From assembly GCA_965217185.1 (NCBI GenBank), contig OZ244252.1:2336001-2400000 (forward strand): a stretch of DNA of 64,000 bases, written 5' to 3'. The position numbers were made by a program, and so were the translations under genes. Shown piece by piece: positions 1 to 8,706 of this stretch (positions within the stretch are counted from its first letter, which is position 1; the number at the start of each line of letters is the position of its first letter). The stretch comes from an uncultured Candidatus Entotheonella sp. GTDB taxonomy: Bacteria > Tectomicrobia > Entotheonellia > Entotheonellales > Entotheonellaceae. Under the pieces are notes generated by a model, which saw only the letters and a program-made list of their open reading frames with translations, did no database searches and was not told the DNA's origin.

Positions 1-1
1 G

Positions 2-541
2 GCGCAGCGCTACGTCGAAACGCATGTGGATTGCCACCCTACCTATCCCGGCGTGGTGCGCGAGTGGGGACAGGTACTTGATTGCTTGGCGGCCGACCCG
101 ATGGACCTGCACCGTGAAATCGACTGGGTGATGAAGATGCACCTGATGCGCAATTACATCGACCGCCGCGGCAGCGACTGGGACGACCCGCGTGTGGCCA
201 TGATGGACCTGCAATATCACGATATTCGCCCGGAGAAGAGCTTGTACGCCATTCTGGAGCGCAACGGCGCCGCCCGCCGCATGCTCAGCGAGGCGGAGAT
301 CGTGCATGCCATGGATGAGCCGCCGGAGGACACCCGGGCGTATTTCCGCGGCCAGTGTCTGAAGAAGTTCAAGCACCAGATTTTCGGCGTCAACTGGGAC
401 TCCATCTCGTTCAACCTTGGCGACGGACCCATCAAGCGCATCATGATGGAAGAACCCCTGCGCGGCACCAAGTCGCACGTACAACAGTTGCTCGAACGCT
501 CGAAGACCGCTGCGGAACTGGTGGAAAATATCGTTATGTAA
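2..541 (+). CDS. dop: Pup depupylase/deamidase Dop (5'-partial, C-terminal part)
   Basis: PafA/Dop C-terminal motifs (EIDWVMK, DLQYHDIR, PPEDTRAYFRG, NWDS); lies immediately upstream of pup-prcB-prcA. Confidence 0.85.
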   Translation, partial: AQRYVETHVDCHPTYPGVVREWGQVLDCLAADPMDLHREIDWVMKMHLMRNYIDRRGSDWDDPRVAMMDLQYHDIRPEKSLYAILERNGAARRMLSEAEIVHAMDEPPEDTRAYFRGQCLKKFKHQIFGVNWDSISFNLGDGPIKRIMMEEPLRGTKSHVQQLLERSKTAAELVENIVM

Positions 542-572
542 TCCGCTCACGGGCGGGCTGGAAGGAGTGCTC

Positions 573-827
573 ATGATCGTCAAGCAGGCCCCTGGAGTTA
601 CAGACCGTTGGCATGGAATCGTCACCTGCGCCGAGGGTGGACAGCAGCACGGCACCCGGCGCAGCGAGACGCAGACGGACAGCACGACGACCCCGGCGAC
701 CGACCTGTCGGAGAAGGGCGACAAGCTGAAAGACGAGTTGGACGCCTTGATCGACGAGATCGACGAGGTGCTTGAAGAGAACGCCGAGGAGTTCGTGAAG
801 AATTACGTGCAGCGAGGGGGAGAATAA
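573..827 (+). CDS. pup: Prokaryotic ubiquitin-like protein Pup (C-terminal GGE)
   Basis: LDALIDEIDEVLEENAEEFVKNYVQRGGE; AAGGAG RBS before ATG 573. Confidence 0.95.
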   Translation: MIVKQAPGVTDRWHGIVTCAEGGQQHGTRRSETQTDSTTTPATDLSEKGDKLKDELDALIDEIDEVLEENAEEFVKNYVQRGGE

Positions 828-828
828 G

Positions 829-1626
829 GTGTCGTTGTGGTCAGGCAGCTATGAGGGATCGAGTTTCTTCGATCTGTTGCGGCACGATTTTCCGCACATG
901 CTGCCATTACAACATTTGCCCCAGGTAGCCGCAGGCGAGTCGCGGCTGCTGGAGACGGTGCCTTTCGCCACTACCATCCTGGCGCTGCGTTTCGCCGATG
1001 GTGTGGTGATGGCGGGCGACCGGCAGGCCACCGAGGGTTTCGAGGTGTCGTCGCGGCGCATCGAGAAACTCTACAACGCCGACAGTCACTCCGTCGTCGC
1101 CATGGCTGGGGTCGCCGGGCCGTGTTTGGACATGGCCAAGCTGTTCCAGATCGAGATGGAGCACTACGAGAAGATCGAGGGCGCCCCGCTGACTTTGGAG
1201 GGCAAGGCGAATCGCTTGGCGCAGATGGTCAAGCAGAATCTCTCGGCCGCCTTCCAGGGGTTGGTCGTGGTGCCGATTTTCGCCGGTTACGATGTCCACG
1301 CCGAGCAGGGCCGCATCTTCAAGTACGACGTGACCGGCGGGCGCTACGAGGAACGCCAGTTCTATGCCACCGGCTCCGGGGGAAAAGAAGCCCGCAGCAC
1401 CCTGCGCAAACTGTACAAGGACGGGCTGTCGCGCACCGAGGCGATTGCCCTGGCGCTCGAAGCCTTGGTGGATGCCGCCGACATAGACGTTGGCACCAGC
1501 GGACCGGATTTGGCTCGGGGCATTTATCCGCTGGTCAAGATCGTCACCCTTGACGGTACCGCGGACGTGAACGACGAGGAATTGTGCGGTGTGAGCGAGA
1601 GGTTGCTCAGCGTCGTGAAAGGCTAA
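829..1626 (+). CDS. prcB: 20S proteasome beta subunit
   Basis: Propeptide then TTILAL...GVVMAGDRQAT, GSG motif; operon context. Confidence 0.95.
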   Translation: MSLWSGSYEGSSFFDLLRHDFPHMLPLQHLPQVAAGESRLLETVPFATTILALRFADGVVMAGDRQATEGFEVSSRRIEKLYNADSHSVVAMAGVAGPCLDMAKLFQIEMEHYEKIEGAPLTLEGKANRLAQMVKQNLSAAFQGLVVVPIFAGYDVHAEQGRIFKYDVTGGRYEERQFYATGSGGKEARSTLRKLYKDGLSRTEAIALALEALVDAADIDVGTSGPDLARGIYPLVKIVTLDGTADVNDEELCGVSERLLSVVKG

Positions 1627-1630
1627 GTAC

Positions 1631-2341
1631 ATGGCCGTTCCTTTTTACGTTTCCCCTGACCAGGTTATGCAGGACAAGGCCGAGTATGCCCGCAAAGGCA
1701 TCGCCAAAGGCAAGTCGATCGTGGCCATGGAGTACGCGGGCGGCTTGCTGCTGATGGCCGAAAATCCGAGTGTGTCCCTGAACAAGATATCCGAAATTTA
1801 TGACCGTATCGCTTTTGCCGGCGCAGGCAAATACAGCGAATTCGAGAACCTACGCAAAATCGGCATCCGCTACGCCGATATTACCGGCTATGCCTCCAGC
1901 CGCCGTGACGTGACCACTAAATCGCTGGCCAAGGGTTACTCCGACATCATCGGCACAGTCTTTACACGCGATCCGAAGCCGCTGGAAGTGGAGATTCTGG
2001 TGGTGGAGGTCGGTGAGGAGGAGGCGGCCAATCAGATGTACCACGTGTCGTTCGACGGCTCCATCAGCGACCGGCAACAGTTTGCGGTCATCGGTGGCCA
2101 TTCGGATCGCATCGTGGCCTATTTGCATGATCACTACACCGCCAACCTGAGCCTGTCCGAAGCGTTGATGCTCAGCCATCGCGGTGTTATGGCCGGCTAC
2201 GAGCGGCCGCCAGACGAGCCCGGTGCGCTGGAAGTCGGCATCCTTGATCGCGAACGCATTGACCGCAAGTTTTATCGCATGACGCCGGCTGAGGTCGCCG
2301 CGACGATGGCCACCGCTGGCAACGAAGTTGAACCGCTATGA
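1631..2341 (+). CDS. prcA: 20S proteasome alpha subunit
   Basis: PFYVSPDQVMQDKAEYARKGIAKG and KISEIYDRIAFAG. Confidence 0.95.
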   Translation: MAVPFYVSPDQVMQDKAEYARKGIAKGKSIVAMEYAGGLLLMAENPSVSLNKISEIYDRIAFAGAGKYSEFENLRKIGIRYADITGYASSRRDVTTKSLAKGYSDIIGTVFTRDPKPLEVEILVVEVGEEEAANQMYHVSFDGSISDRQQFAVIGGHSDRIVAYLHDHYTANLSLSEALMLSHRGVMAGYERPPDEPGALEVGILDRERIDRKFYRMTPAEVAATMATAGNEVEPL

Positions 2342-3732
2342 AGAAACGCATTTACGGCATCGAAAACGAATACGGTATTTCCTTCACGGCGAACGGACGC
2401 CGCTCCCTCCCTTCCGAAAAAGTGGTGCGCTACCTGTTTGAAAAGTTGATCACGACCGAGGGCTTCCTGAACGTCTTCCTGGAAAACGGCGCCCGCTTCT
2501 ACCTCGATACCGGTTGCCATCCCGAGTACGCCACGCCCGAGTGCGCCAGCCCGCAGGACGTGGTCATCTACGACAAGGCCGGTGACCGCATCCTCGAAAA
2601 TCTGCTCCGGTACGCCCAGAACAAGGTGCGCGAGGAGGGCTTTCCCGGCGATCTGGCGATTTTCAAGAACAATACCGATTTTGTCGGCAACTCCTACGGC
2701 TGCCACGAGAATTACCTCGCTGAGCGGACTTCGGATTTCTACTACATGGCCGAGCAGCTCATCCCGTTTCTGGTTACCCGCCAGATCTTCACGGGCTCCG
2801 GCAAGGTCTTCCGCACCCGCCGCGGCACGGTCTTTCACATCTCGCAACGCGCCCAGCACATCCGGCAGAAGATTTCCGGCACCACGACCAACGAGCGCAG
2901 CATCATCAATACCCGCGATGAACCGCACGCCATGAAGGAAAAGTACCGCCGCCTGCACATCATCGTGGGGGATTCCAACATGTCGGAGTTCACCACGTAT
3001 CTGAAGGTCGGCACCACCGCCATCGTGCTGCAGATGATCGAGGACGATTTCATCACCCCGAGGTTTGCCCTGCGCAACCCGGTGCGGGCCATCAAGGACA
3101 TCTCGCGCGACCTGACCTGCCGCGAGTCGGTGCCGTTGAACAACGGCAAGCGCTATTCGCCCCTGGAGTTGCAGAAGCAATATCTTGAGCTGGCCCATAC
3201 CTACTACAGCACCCGCAAGATGGGCGCCTTGGCCGCCGATATTTTGCAGAAGTGGGAGTACGTGCTCACCAAGCTCGCCGAAGAGCCGATGCAACTGCAC
3301 CGCGAGATCGATTGGGTGACCAAGATGCACCTGCTGAAGACCTACGGCGAGCGTTCCCGAATGGCCGCCGAGGCGCGCAGCGACCGGTTTCTGATGCTCG
3401 ACCTGCAGTATCACGACATTCGTCGCGAAAAAGGCCTGTATTTCTTGCTGGAGCGCCGGGGGCAGATCAACCGCATCGTATCCGATGCCGAAATCGAAAA
3501 GGCCATGGTGGATCCGCCGCAGAACACGCGGGCCAAGATGCGCGGCGAACTGATCAAGCTGGCGAAGAAGAAGCGCATCCCGTATGACCTGGATTGGAAC
3601 TACATCCGCATTGGCTACCTGCTGAACCTGTGGGTGAAGTGCAACGATCCGTTCCAGGAAGAGAACGAGAAGGTGACGCAGCTCAAACGCCGCATCGAAC
3701 GGTCGAACTTCAAGTACGGTTATCTACTGTAA
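2338..3732 (+). CDS. pafA: Pup-protein ligase
   Basis: RIYGIENEYG, HPEYATPEC, KNNTD...SYGCHENY, RRLHIIVGDSN. Confidence 0.93.
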   Translation: MKKRIYGIENEYGISFTANGRRSLPSEKVVRYLFEKLITTEGFLNVFLENGARFYLDTGCHPEYATPECASPQDVVIYDKAGDRILENLLRYAQNKVREEGFPGDLAIFKNNTDFVGNSYGCHENYLAERTSDFYYMAEQLIPFLVTRQIFTGSGKVFRTRRGTVFHISQRAQHIRQKISGTTTNERSIINTRDEPHAMKEKYRRLHIIVGDSNMSEFTTYLKVGTTAIVLQMIEDDFITPRFALRNPVRAIKDISRDLTCRESVPLNNGKRYSPLELQKQYLELAHTYYSTRKMGALAADILQKWEYVLTKLAEEPMQLHREIDWVTKMHLLKTYGERSRMAAEARSDRFLMLDLQYHDIRREKGLYFLLERRGQINRIVSDAEIEKAMVDPPQNTRAKMRGELIKLAKKKRIPYDLDWNYIRIGYLLNLWVKCNDPFQEENEKVTQLKRRIERSNFKYGYLL

Positions 3733-3753
3733 GGTTGCCCCGAGGAACCGCGC

Positions 3754-4881
3754 ATGCCGAAAGACGCCTCGCCCAGAATCCGCCTCGCCCTCCTCTACGG
3801 CGGTCGCTCGGGCGAGCATGACGTGTCCATCGCCTCGGCCACGTCGGTCATGCAGGCCATCGACAAGGATAAATACGACGTTCTGCCCGTCTACTTGACG
3901 TCTGAGGGACGCTGGCTGCCAGGCGTCGAACCCGCCCGGCTTACTGCCGGTCTTCATCCTGCCGCCGCTACGGTAGCCTTATTCTCCAGCGATCCCCAAC
4001 AGCCTGGCTTGTTGCCGTTGTCCAAGGCTGAGGTGCAGCCAGAACAGGCGCAAGCGGTGGACGTCGTGTTTCCGCTACTGCACGGCACCTATGGCGAGGA
4101 CGGCACCGTGCAAGGGCTGCTGGAACTCGCCAACGTGCCTTACGTCGGGTCGGGGGTGCTGGGCTCGGCCGCAGGCATGGACAAGGACATCATGAAGACG
4201 CTCTTCGCCGCCGCCGGTTTGCCCGTGGTTCCGCACCTGCTCGTCCGGCGCCGCGAGTGGGAGCAGCGGCCGGCGGTTGTCCAAGATCGCGTGCTACAAA
4301 CGCTGCGGCTGCCGGTGTTCGTCAAGCCGGCGAATCTCGGATCGAGTGTGGGGATTTCCAAGGTGGGTGACGCGGCCGGCCTATCGGATGCTCTGGATTT
4401 GGCGTGCCGGTACGACCGGCGCGTGCTGGTCGAGCAGGGATTGGACTGCCGTGAGTTTGAGTGCAGCGTCTTGGGGAATGATGAACCGGAAGCCTCGGTT
4501 ATCGGCGAGATTATTCCGTCACGTGAGTTTTACGACTATCAAGCGAAATACAGCGACGACGAATCGAGCGAGCTACGCATTCCCGCCGACATCGATGCCA
4601 GCCTCGCCGAAGACCTGCGCGCCATGGCGGTGACCGCCTTCCAAGCGGTGGACGCCGCCGGGCTGGCGCGGGTGGATTTCTTCTTCGAAACCCGCACCGG
4701 CAAGCCCTACGTGAACGAAATCAACACCCTGCCTGGCTTCACCACGATCAGCATGTACCCGAAGCTGTGGGAGGCGGGGGGGGTGTCCTACGCGCAGTTG
4801 ATCGACAACCTCGTGAACCTCGCCATCGAACGGCACCAGGACCGGCAGCGCTCCCTCACCGTTTACAACCAGGACCCGTGA
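3754..4881 (+). CDS. ddl: D-alanine-D-alanine ligase
   Basis: [37 protein letters not shown]. Confidence 0.96.
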   Translation: MPKDASPRIRLALLYGGRSGEHDVSIASATSVMQAIDKDKYDVLPVYLTSEGRWLPGVEPARLTAGLHPAAATVALFSSDPQQPGLLPLSKAEVQPEQAQAVDVVFPLLHGTYGEDGTVQGLLELANVPYVGSGVLGSAAGMDKDIMKTLFAAAGLPVVPHLLVRRREWEQRPAVVQDRVLQTLRLPVFVKPANLGSSVGISKVGDAAGLSDALDLACRYDRRVLVEQGLDCREFECSVLGNDEPEASVIGEIIPSREFYDYQAKYSDDESSELRIPADIDASLAEDLRAMAVTAFQAVDAAGLARVDFFFETRTGKPYVNEINTLPGFTTISMYPKLWEAGGVSYAQLIDNLVNLAIERHQDRQRSLTVYNQDP

Positions 4882-4920
4882 TCCGCGCCTGATGCGCGGC
4901 GGCGGATCGAGACCTTGGAC

Positions 4921-7900
4921 ATGACAGACAGTTTCTTCGATCATCCCATCCTCAATTCGCCCTACGAGTATCCGTCGCGCCACTGGGAGCTCGACGACAG
5001 CGGCCAGCCCACCAACCGAATCCTCGATCATCGCCGCCGCGTCTCGTTCATCACCCCGATCCCCACGCCGAAAAAGCGCAAGCGGGAGCAGCGGGAATTG
5101 ATCTTCGACGACGCCGCCCGCAAGCTCGGCATAGAGAGCCAGCAATACAAGCTGATGGAGACCATCAACGACCTCCGTCGCGAGGTCGACGCGTGGCGGC
5201 AGATTCCCGATCCTGGCCAATGGCGGGTGACGCCCGAGACGGCCCGATTGCTGCGGCACTGGCGACATCATCCATTCAGCAATCTCCGCCCGTTCTTCTG
5301 CCAGGTCGAAGCCGCCGAAACCGCGATCTGGCTGACCGAGGTGGCGCTTGGCCTGGGCCGTAGAGGGCGCCGCTTTCTCGACGAACTCGACGCCGCGAAC
5401 GAACAGGCCAATCCCGGCCTCGCTCGGTTGGCGCTGAAGCTCGCCACCGGCGCCGGCAAGACCACCGTCATGGCGATGCTGATCGCCTGGCAGACGATCA
5501 ATGCGGTGCGCCGTCCTGGCAGCCGCAGGTTTACGCGCGGCTTCCTCGTGATGACCCCGGGGATTACCATCCGCGATCGGCTCCGCGTGCTCCAGCCCAA
5601 TGACCCGGACAGCTACTACGCTAGTCGGGAACTGGTCCCCGGAGACATGTTGCAAGACCTCCAGCGGGCCAAGATAGTCATCACCAACTACCACGCTCTG
5701 CGACAACGCGAACGCCTCGAAGTTTCCAGCGGAGGGCGAGCGCTGTTGCAGGGGCCGGGCGCGCCCCTGGAAACTCTGGAATCCGAGGGTCAAATGGTCC
5801 AGCGGGTCATGCCCGAGCTGATGGCCGTAAAGAACGTAATGGTGTTAAACGACGAGGGACATCATTGCTACCGGCGCAAGCCGGGTGATGACGACGAAGG
5901 CCCGTTGACCAGGGAAGACCGGCAGGAGGCAGACCGCAACAATGAAGAGGCCAGGGTGTGGATTTCCGGCTTGGAGATTGTCAAGCGCAAGCTGGGCGTA
6001 CGCCAGGTGGTGGACCTGTCGGCCACCCCCTTCTTCCTCCGCGGCTCCGGTTACGCCGAGGGAACCCTTTTCCCCTGGACGGTAAGCGATTTCTCCCTGA
6101 TGGACGCCATTGAATGCGGCATCGTCAAGTTGCCCCGGGTCCCGGTGGCCGATAACATCCCTGGCGAGCAGGTGCCAGTCTTCCGCAACTTGTGGGAGCA
6201 TATCCGGGAAGCCATGCCCCGAGCCGGCCGGAACCGGGCCGGCAACCTGGACCCACTCGATCTGCCCACTACATTACAGACCGCGCTGGAAGCCCTCTAC
6301 GGGCACTACAAGACGACTTACGAGCAGTGGCAAGCGGACGAAGCCACGGTGCCACCCTGTTTAATTGTGATCTGCAACAACACGTCTACATCGAAGCTGG
6401 TCTATGACTTCATCTCCGGCTTTGAGCGACAGAACGAAGACGGCTCAACATCCCTGCAAGATGGCCGGTTGGAGCTGTTTCGCAACTTTGACGAGCACGG
6501 CAACCGCTACCCGATACCTCGAACTTTGCTCATCGACAGCCAACAACTGGAGTCCGGCGACAAGCTCAGCGATGACTTCCGCCGGGCGGCAGCCGGGCAA
6601 ATCGAGCGGTTCCGCTGGGAGCGGCAGGAACGTTCCGGCAACCGGGAGGAGGCAGACCACATCACGGAGCAGGAGCTGCTGCGGGAAGTGATGAACACCG
6701 TGGGCAAAGAGGGACGGCTGGGCGAGTCCATTCGTTGCGTCGTGTCGGTGTCCATGCTCACCGAGGGCTGGGACGCCAACACCGTGACTCACGTCTTGGG
6801 AGTGCGGGCCTTCGGCACCCAACTCCTGTGCGAACAGGTGGTAGGTCGCGCCCTCCGGCGCCAGTCCTACGACCTGAACGAAGACGGCAAATTCGACGTC
6901 GAGTACGCCGACGTGCTGGGCATACCCTTCGATTTCACCGCCCGTCCGGTGGTGGTTGGGCCAGGCAAGCAGCGCCAAATGGTCCACGTCAGGGCGATGC
7001 GTCCGGAGCGGGACCATCTGGAGATAACCTTCCCCCGAGTTTCCGGCTACCGGGAAGATCCCCCAAAGGAAGACCTGATTGCCAACTTCACCGACGATTC
7101 CAGGTTGGACTTGACACCTGACCTTGTGGGGCCGACGCAGACCCGGAATGAGGGAATTATTGGGGAAGGCGTTGACCTGAACTTGGTCCACATCGGCGAC
7201 CTCCGCACTTCCAGCCTGGTGCTGCACCTGACCAAGCGTCTCCTGGAAACCAAGTGGCGAGATCCCAACCAGGACCTCAAGTTGCACCTGTTCGGCAAGT
7301 TGAAGAACGTGGTCAAGCAGTGGCTCGACACCTGCCTGGTCTGCCGCGGCGGCACCTACCCGGCGCAGCTGATGTACCAGTCATTGGCAGACATGGCATG
7401 CAACCGCATCACCGCCGCCATCACCAGCAAACAGGGCGAGCGGTCCATCAAAGCCCTGCTGGATTCCTACAATCCCACCGGCTCCACGCAGCACGTAAAC
7501 TTCACCACCTCCAAGGCCGGCCTCTGGACGACCGACCCTCGGAAGTGCCACGTCAACCTCGCCGTGCTGGACAGCGATTGGGAGGCCGAGTTCTGCCGCG
7601 TCGTTGAGTCCCACCCCAACGTGAAAGCTTACGTGAAGAACCACAACCTGGGCCTGGAGGTTCCATACCTGTACGGCTCAACGCCGCGTACTTATATCCC
7701 CGACTTCATCGTGCAGGTGAACGACGGACAGGACGAACCGCTGAACCTCATCGTGGAAATCAAGGGTTACCGGGGCGAGGACGCCAAGGAAAAGAAGAAC
7801 ACCATGGAGGCCTACTGGCTGCCCGGCGTCAACACCCTGGGTCAGTACGGCCGCTGGGCCTTCGATGAGTTCACCGACGTTTATGATATCGAATCCGGCT

Positions 7901-8271
7901 TCAACTCCCTGGTTGCCGGCATAATTGACCGGCAGGAAAGCGCCGCGCTTAACGAAACTGCCGGTTGGCTGTCTGGCGCCGGTGGCAGCGAACCCCAGAT
8001 TGAGAACATCGCCCGGCGCCAAAGCGAAGAGTATGCGAACCACTTGGTAGAGCAACACCGGCGCCAAGGCGAGCGTATGATGAAATTCCTGGAATTTGAG
8101 CACGGATTGGACGAAAGCCAGCGAAACTTAAGCCAACGGGAACGCTATCTGCTGTTCCTGAAGCATGAGAGCCATTTGAGCGAGGAAGGGCATAAACTTT
8201 ATCTCCAGTTCCTGGAGTACGAACGGCCATATAAGGATCAGTACCCGGAATGGCCTGATGGTTCTGACTGA
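4921..8271 (+). CDS. Type III-like restriction endonuclease (Res; SF2 helicase + PD-(D/E)xK nuclease) with extra ~115-aa C-terminal tail
   Basis: KLATGAGKT, NDEGHH, LTEGWD, YIPDFIV...IVEIKG; paired with downstream methyltransferase. Confidence 0.88.
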   Translation: MTDSFFDHPILNSPYEYPSRHWELDDSGQPTNRILDHRRRVSFITPIPTPKKRKREQRELIFDDAARKLGIESQQYKLMETINDLRREVDAWRQIPDPGQWRVTPETARLLRHWRHHPFSNLRPFFCQVEAAETAIWLTEVALGLGRRGRRFLDELDAANEQANPGLARLALKLATGAGKTTVMAMLIAWQTINAVRRPGSRRFTRGFLVMTPGITIRDRLRVLQPNDPDSYYASRELVPGDMLQDLQRAKIVITNYHALRQRERLEVSSGGRALLQGPGAPLETLESEGQMVQRVMPELMAVKNVMVLNDEGHHCYRRKPGDDDEGPLTREDRQEADRNNEEARVWISGLEIVKRKLGVRQVVDLSATPFFLRGSGYAEGTLFPWTVSDFSLMDAIECGIVKLPRVPVADNIPGEQVPVFRNLWEHIREAMPRAGRNRAGNLDPLDLPTTLQTALEALYGHYKTTYEQWQADEATVPPCLIVICNNTSTSKLVYDFISGFERQNEDGSTSLQDGRLELFRNFDEHGNRYPIPRTLLIDSQQLESGDKLSDDFRRAAAGQIERFRWERQERSGNREEADHITEQELLREVMNTVGKEGRLGESIRCVVSVSMLTEGWDANTVTHVLGVRAFGTQLLCEQVVGRALRRQSYDLNEDGKFDVEYADVLGIPFDFTARPVVVGPGKQRQMVHVRAMRPERDHLEITFPRVSGYREDPPKEDLIANFTDDSRLDLTPDLVGPTQTRNEGIIGEGVDLNLVHIGDLRTSSLVLHLTKRLLETKWRDPNQDLKLHLFGKLKNVVKQWLDTCLVCRGGTYPAQLMYQSLADMACNRITAAITSKQGERSIKALLDSYNPTGSTQHVNFTTSKAGLWTTDPRKCHVNLAVLDSDWEAEFCRVVESHPNVKAYVKNHNLGLEVPYLYGSTPRTYIPDFIVQVNDGQDEPLNLIVEIKGYRGEDAKEKKNTMEAYWLPGVNTLGQYGRWAFDEFTDVYDIESGFNSLVAGIIDRQESAALNETAGWLSGAGGSEPQIENIARRQSEEYANHLVEQHRRQGERMMKFLEFEHGLDESQRNLSQRERYLLFLKHESHLSEEGHKLYLQFLEYERPYKDQYPEWPDGSD

Positions 8272-8668
8272 TACCGGACCTCTGGTCGCCCTGATAAACC
8301 CCAACGATTCCTACCGTGCGGTGTGTCTTGAAAGAAGCCGAATCTTGGGATCCGAAGTGATGGTTACAACTTGGCAGTGTTTCACCAAGGCCATGTACTT
8401 CTTGGGAAGGGATGGCAGGTATTACCTCCAAGATAACCTTTGGGATATGCGCAGAAACGGAAGGCTGGAAATTCATTCAACGACGGATTCAGAAGCCGAC
8501 CGGATGGACGAACTTATGCGGCAGTACCAGGACACGCCGATGGACTTGGCCGACTCGTCGCTGATCGCTGCGGCGGAGAGTCGCTCCATTCGCCGCGTGT
8601 TCACTCTCGATGAGGAGTTTTACATCTACCGCCTGGCCGACGGCTCGGAGCTGGAAGTAGTACGATAG
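8258..8668 (+). CDS. PIN-domain (VapC-like) protein
   Basis: VLTDTGPLVAL, MDLADSSL, VFTLD; overlaps the res stop. Confidence 0.85.
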   Translation: MVLTDTGPLVALINPNDSYRAVCLERSRILGSEVMVTTWQCFTKAMYFLGRDGRYYLQDNLWDMRRNGRLEIHSTTDSEADRMDELMRQYQDTPMDLADSSLIAAAESRSIRRVFTLDEEFYIYRLADGSELEVVR

Positions 8669-8706
8669 CAAGGCGTTTCCCGACCGCCTCCAAAGGAGGA
8701 ATAACC

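Noticed and set aside
3700..3732. PafA C-terminus YGYLL as a proteasome-docking HbYX motif
   Set aside because: Tyr is not penultimate, so it does not fit HbYX/GQYL
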